Source of the DNA: Candidatus Bathyarchaeota archaeon
Lineage (GTDB): Archaea > Thermoproteota > Bathyarchaeia > Bathyarchaeales > Bathycorpusculaceae
Length of the DNA: 64,000 bases
Assembly (NCBI GenBank): GCA_963775685.1
Contig: CAVZJV010000014.1
Coordinates: 1,600,001-1,664,000, forward strand
Direction: 5' to 3'
A program made the position numbers and the translations under genes. Under the pieces are notes generated by a model. The model did no database searches, was not told the origin of the DNA, and worked only from the letters and a program-made list of their open reading frames with translations. Within the stretch, counting starts at the first letter, position 1. Each line of letters starts with the position of its first letter. Positions 61,764-64,000 of the stretch are shown here, in pieces.

Positions 61764-62465
61764 ATCGACGCCACTTTCCTTCTCTTCAGGTGCATTGTTT
61801 TCTACTAACCCTTCTTTTATCTCTTTTCCTAATGCCTTCATCAAAAACTTGAAAACCAAGAACCCAGCGCCTTTATCAGCCTTAAAACCCATCGTTGTAC
61901 CCAGCAAACTTATTCCATCAATTTTTCTTTCCTTCGCCAACGCAATCGTAAGCCCTGTTCCGCCAACAATTCTACCCTTACTGTAAATAACTGCACCTTT
62001 CTCCATAAACTCAGTTGCTAGCCTTGGCGAAGTGGCAGCTATGTAAACCTGCGTCTTATCCTCAGTTATCGGAACCCCACCCATAGTTACGATGAATTTA
62101 CAACCCAAAGTTTCAACAAAATCAAGCACAGAATCACAAACCGTGTAGTGCGCGACTACGTCGTCAAAGGAGGGCTGAATCTCACCCGTCATGATGACCA
62201 AGTTGTTCTTCTCCATGGGAGCATAAGAAAACTCGTATCGCGGTAAATGAGCAATACCTTTGGAGGTTATAGCAACATAATCTGGAAAAGTCGGAGAATA
62301 CAACTCGGCAAAAGGCTTGGCATCAAAGAACTTTATTAGCAAATGCGCGGCTATCCGGCCCACATTTCCAAATCCGGGGAGACCTTGAACAAAAATTGGG
62401 TTTTCAAGAGTGGGATTCGAAAGTTTACGTAAATACGGCTTATCCAAAGCGAACCATCCGTTCAT
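61758..62465 (-). CDS. PAC2-family proteasome assembly chaperone-like protein
   Basis: VQGLPGFGNVGRIAA..LI, YSP.FP, TGE.QP, TMGG, GRIVG.TGL. Confidence 0.88.
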   Translation of the reverse strand: MNGWFALDKPYLRKLSNPTLENPIFVQGLPGFGNVGRIAAHLLIKFFDAKPFAELYSPTFPDYVAITSKGIAHLPRYEFSYAPMEKNNLVIMTGEIQPSFDDVVAHYTVCDSVLDFVETLGCKFIVTMGGVPITEDKTQVYIAATSPRLATEFMEKGAVIYSKGRIVGGTGLTIALAKERKIDGISLLGTTMGFKADKGAGFLVFKFLMKALGKEIKEGLVENNAPEEKESGVDD

Positions 62466-62574
62466 ACAGAAGAATGTTCGACACTAAAATCCTTTTGCAA
62501 TAACTGAAAAAGAAACTATTAATATTTGACACCTCAACTAATAGGATACATCTCTAAAATATCGCCAAACCTGT

Positions 62575-62653
62575 AGCGGGGTGGGGTAGCCAGGATTAAC
62601 CCGCTGGGCTCATAACCCAGAGATCACTAGTTCAAATCTAGTCCCCGCTACCA
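62575..62653 (+). tRNA. Initiator tRNA-Met(CAU), CCA encoded
   Basis: A1-U72 pair (AGCGGGG/CCCCGCT), CTGGG-CTCATAA-CCCAG with three G-C pairs, TTCAAAT T-loop. Confidence 0.96.
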
Positions 62654-62837
62654 ACAATAAAATTTTGCTCACTACTCAGTCAGTTGACCTTTTATATGAA
62701 AGGGGTGTAGATTTTTCCGGGCAGCAAAGTTGTCGATGAATTTAAGTGGTCTTCTTTGCAGCCAAGCTCTAAATATGTCTCCGCTTACTGTAAAAGTAAA
62801 TAAACAGGTTGACCTAACATTAAACAAACTTCGCTTG

Positions 62838-64000
62838 GTGAATTCAGTGAAACAAACACTTGTAACCCTCTTAATTGTGGTTTTCTCGTTACTTGTTATT
62901 TTGCCAATTGCTTTACCTTCTAGCATAGCTTCAGCCCAAACCAGCTACACCATTGACAAAGTAGACCATCAAGTACTGGTTATGTATTCTGGACACGTTC
63001 TTATTCTAGATACAATTCATGCCTCAGGCCAAGTAACAAACGGCTTCATGATAGGGTTACCCTACAAGTACAGCGCTGCCGTCCTTAAGGGAATAGCATA
63101 CGACGACACCCACGTTTACCAATTAAACTTAGGCGTACAACTAGGCGACCAAAGCGGATTTTATGGTGCAACAGTTAATTTCAACGGAAACTCACCTAGC
63201 GTTTTCACCGTTGCCTTTGTCTTATCCAACCAACTCATCACTGAACAAGACACAAGCGGCTTTACGCTTGATTTTCCAGCTTACCCAAGTTTATCACAGG
63301 ATGTTGGCACCTGCGATGTTTCAATCACTTTCCCAAGCCAACCCACATCCATAGCAGTCACCAAAGATGACGGTAACGTAGAAGGCGACACCTACACAAA
63401 AACAAACCTGCCAGCGTACACTTACGTTATAGCTTCCGCTTCTTTCCAAGTTCCGGCTGGAACCCTCAAATTAACTACAATAAGCAGCCTAAACCGCCAA
63501 ATAACCATAGATCCAACAGGCAAGGTGACGGCTGCTGACAGCTACCGAATCATCAACAACTCTTCTACGCTTATGAGTTCATTTGTCCTTGCCATACCGC
63601 TGGATGCCACAAGCATAGTTGTGAAGGACCAGTTTGGAACAGGCGTCGCAAGTCTAGCTACATCTACCTCTACAGGCGGCAATGTCCAGTTGGCTAACGC
63701 AACGCTAACCACGTTTTTATCAAGCGGGCAAACAACAGTTCTTGTAGCGCAGTACAATCTGCCCAGCGTAACCCTTCAAGGCAACAACTACGTATTATCA
63801 GATTTCAAGCTTTTCCCAGAATTCACTTACTTCGTTAACCAAGCAACCGTAAAGTTTTCACCACCTGAAGGCGCAACCATAGTCACTCCACAAGCAGTCT
63901 CTTTGGACTCATCCTCAACCCTAACAAGGGAAACCTACCAAGACACACTCACCATAACCAAAGATGGGTTAAGTTTCGCAGACTACCTTGGGCCTCAAAA
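62838..64000 (+). CDS. Large secreted beta-rich protein, possibly ribophorin-I-like (truncated by window end)
   Basis: Signal peptide, then YTIDKVDHQVLVMYSGHVLILDTI and a similar second unit SLNRQITIDPTGKVTAADSYRIINN. Missing from the ORF track, apparently because it runs off the window end. Confidence 0.6.
   Translation, partial: MNSVKQTLVTLLIVVFSLLVILPIALPSSIASAQTSYTIDKVDHQVLVMYSGHVLILDTIHASGQVTNGFMIGLPYKYSAAVLKGIAYDDTHVYQLNLGVQLGDQSGFYGATVNFNGNSPSVFTVAFVLSNQLITEQDTSGFTLDFPAYPSLSQDVGTCDVSITFPSQPTSIAVTKDDGNVEGDTYTKTNLPAYTYVIASASFQVPAGTLKLTTISSLNRQITIDPTGKVTAADSYRIINNSSTLMSSFVLAIPLDATSIVVKDQFGTGVASLATSTSTGGNVQLANATLTTFLSSGQTTVLVAQYNLPSVTLQGNNYVLSDFKLFPEFTYFVNQATVKFSPPEGATIVTPQAVSLDSSSTLTRETYQDTLTITKDGLSFADYLGPQ

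Noticed and set aside
1-64000. CRISPR array, cas genes, rRNA, integrase or transposase genes
   Set aside because: No regularly spaced repeat-spacer series and no recognisable motifs were found by eye.

Overview
Archaeal chromosome segment, most consistent with Candidatus Bathyarchaeia (TACK). The evidence is archaeal NAC, aMBF1-HflX-aTrm56-TFE, PolB2, a TACK-type HisG and expanded PQQ-like beta-propeller surface proteins. Many conserved genes (hisD, hisG, hemA, aMBF1, the sensor kinase) are split by single-base indels, which points to an unpolished long-read consensus rather than real pseudogenes. Core blocks are an information-processing cluster (7.3-12.1 kb), cofactor and redox genes (43.5-52.8 kb), a hisGDCBHAFI operon (53.6-60.1 kb), tRNA-Val(UAC) and the initiator tRNA-Met. 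The most interesting part is an accessory region at about 23.9-38.2 kb. It holds three same-strand tRNA 3'-end (att-like) fragments, a ~0.8 kb VapBC islet bounded by a tRNA-Val duplication, and decayed Fic and NucS-like genes. It also carries an intact RadA-like/arCOG07300/PolB2 cassette with an unannotated fourth gene, and a terminase large subunit with a putative small subunit but no capsid, portal, tail or integrase gene. Non-coding signals read directly from the sequence are a tandem palindromic operator before a Cys-rich wHTH-hemA operon, a conserved 5'-leader hairpin on two surface-protein paralogues, a nested-hairpin ncRNA candidate, a C/D-box sRNA candidate, a 39-bp insert with a 9-bp target duplication, and a displaced ~44-nt copy of hemA. 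All family calls come from motif recognition by eye; no database searches were run.
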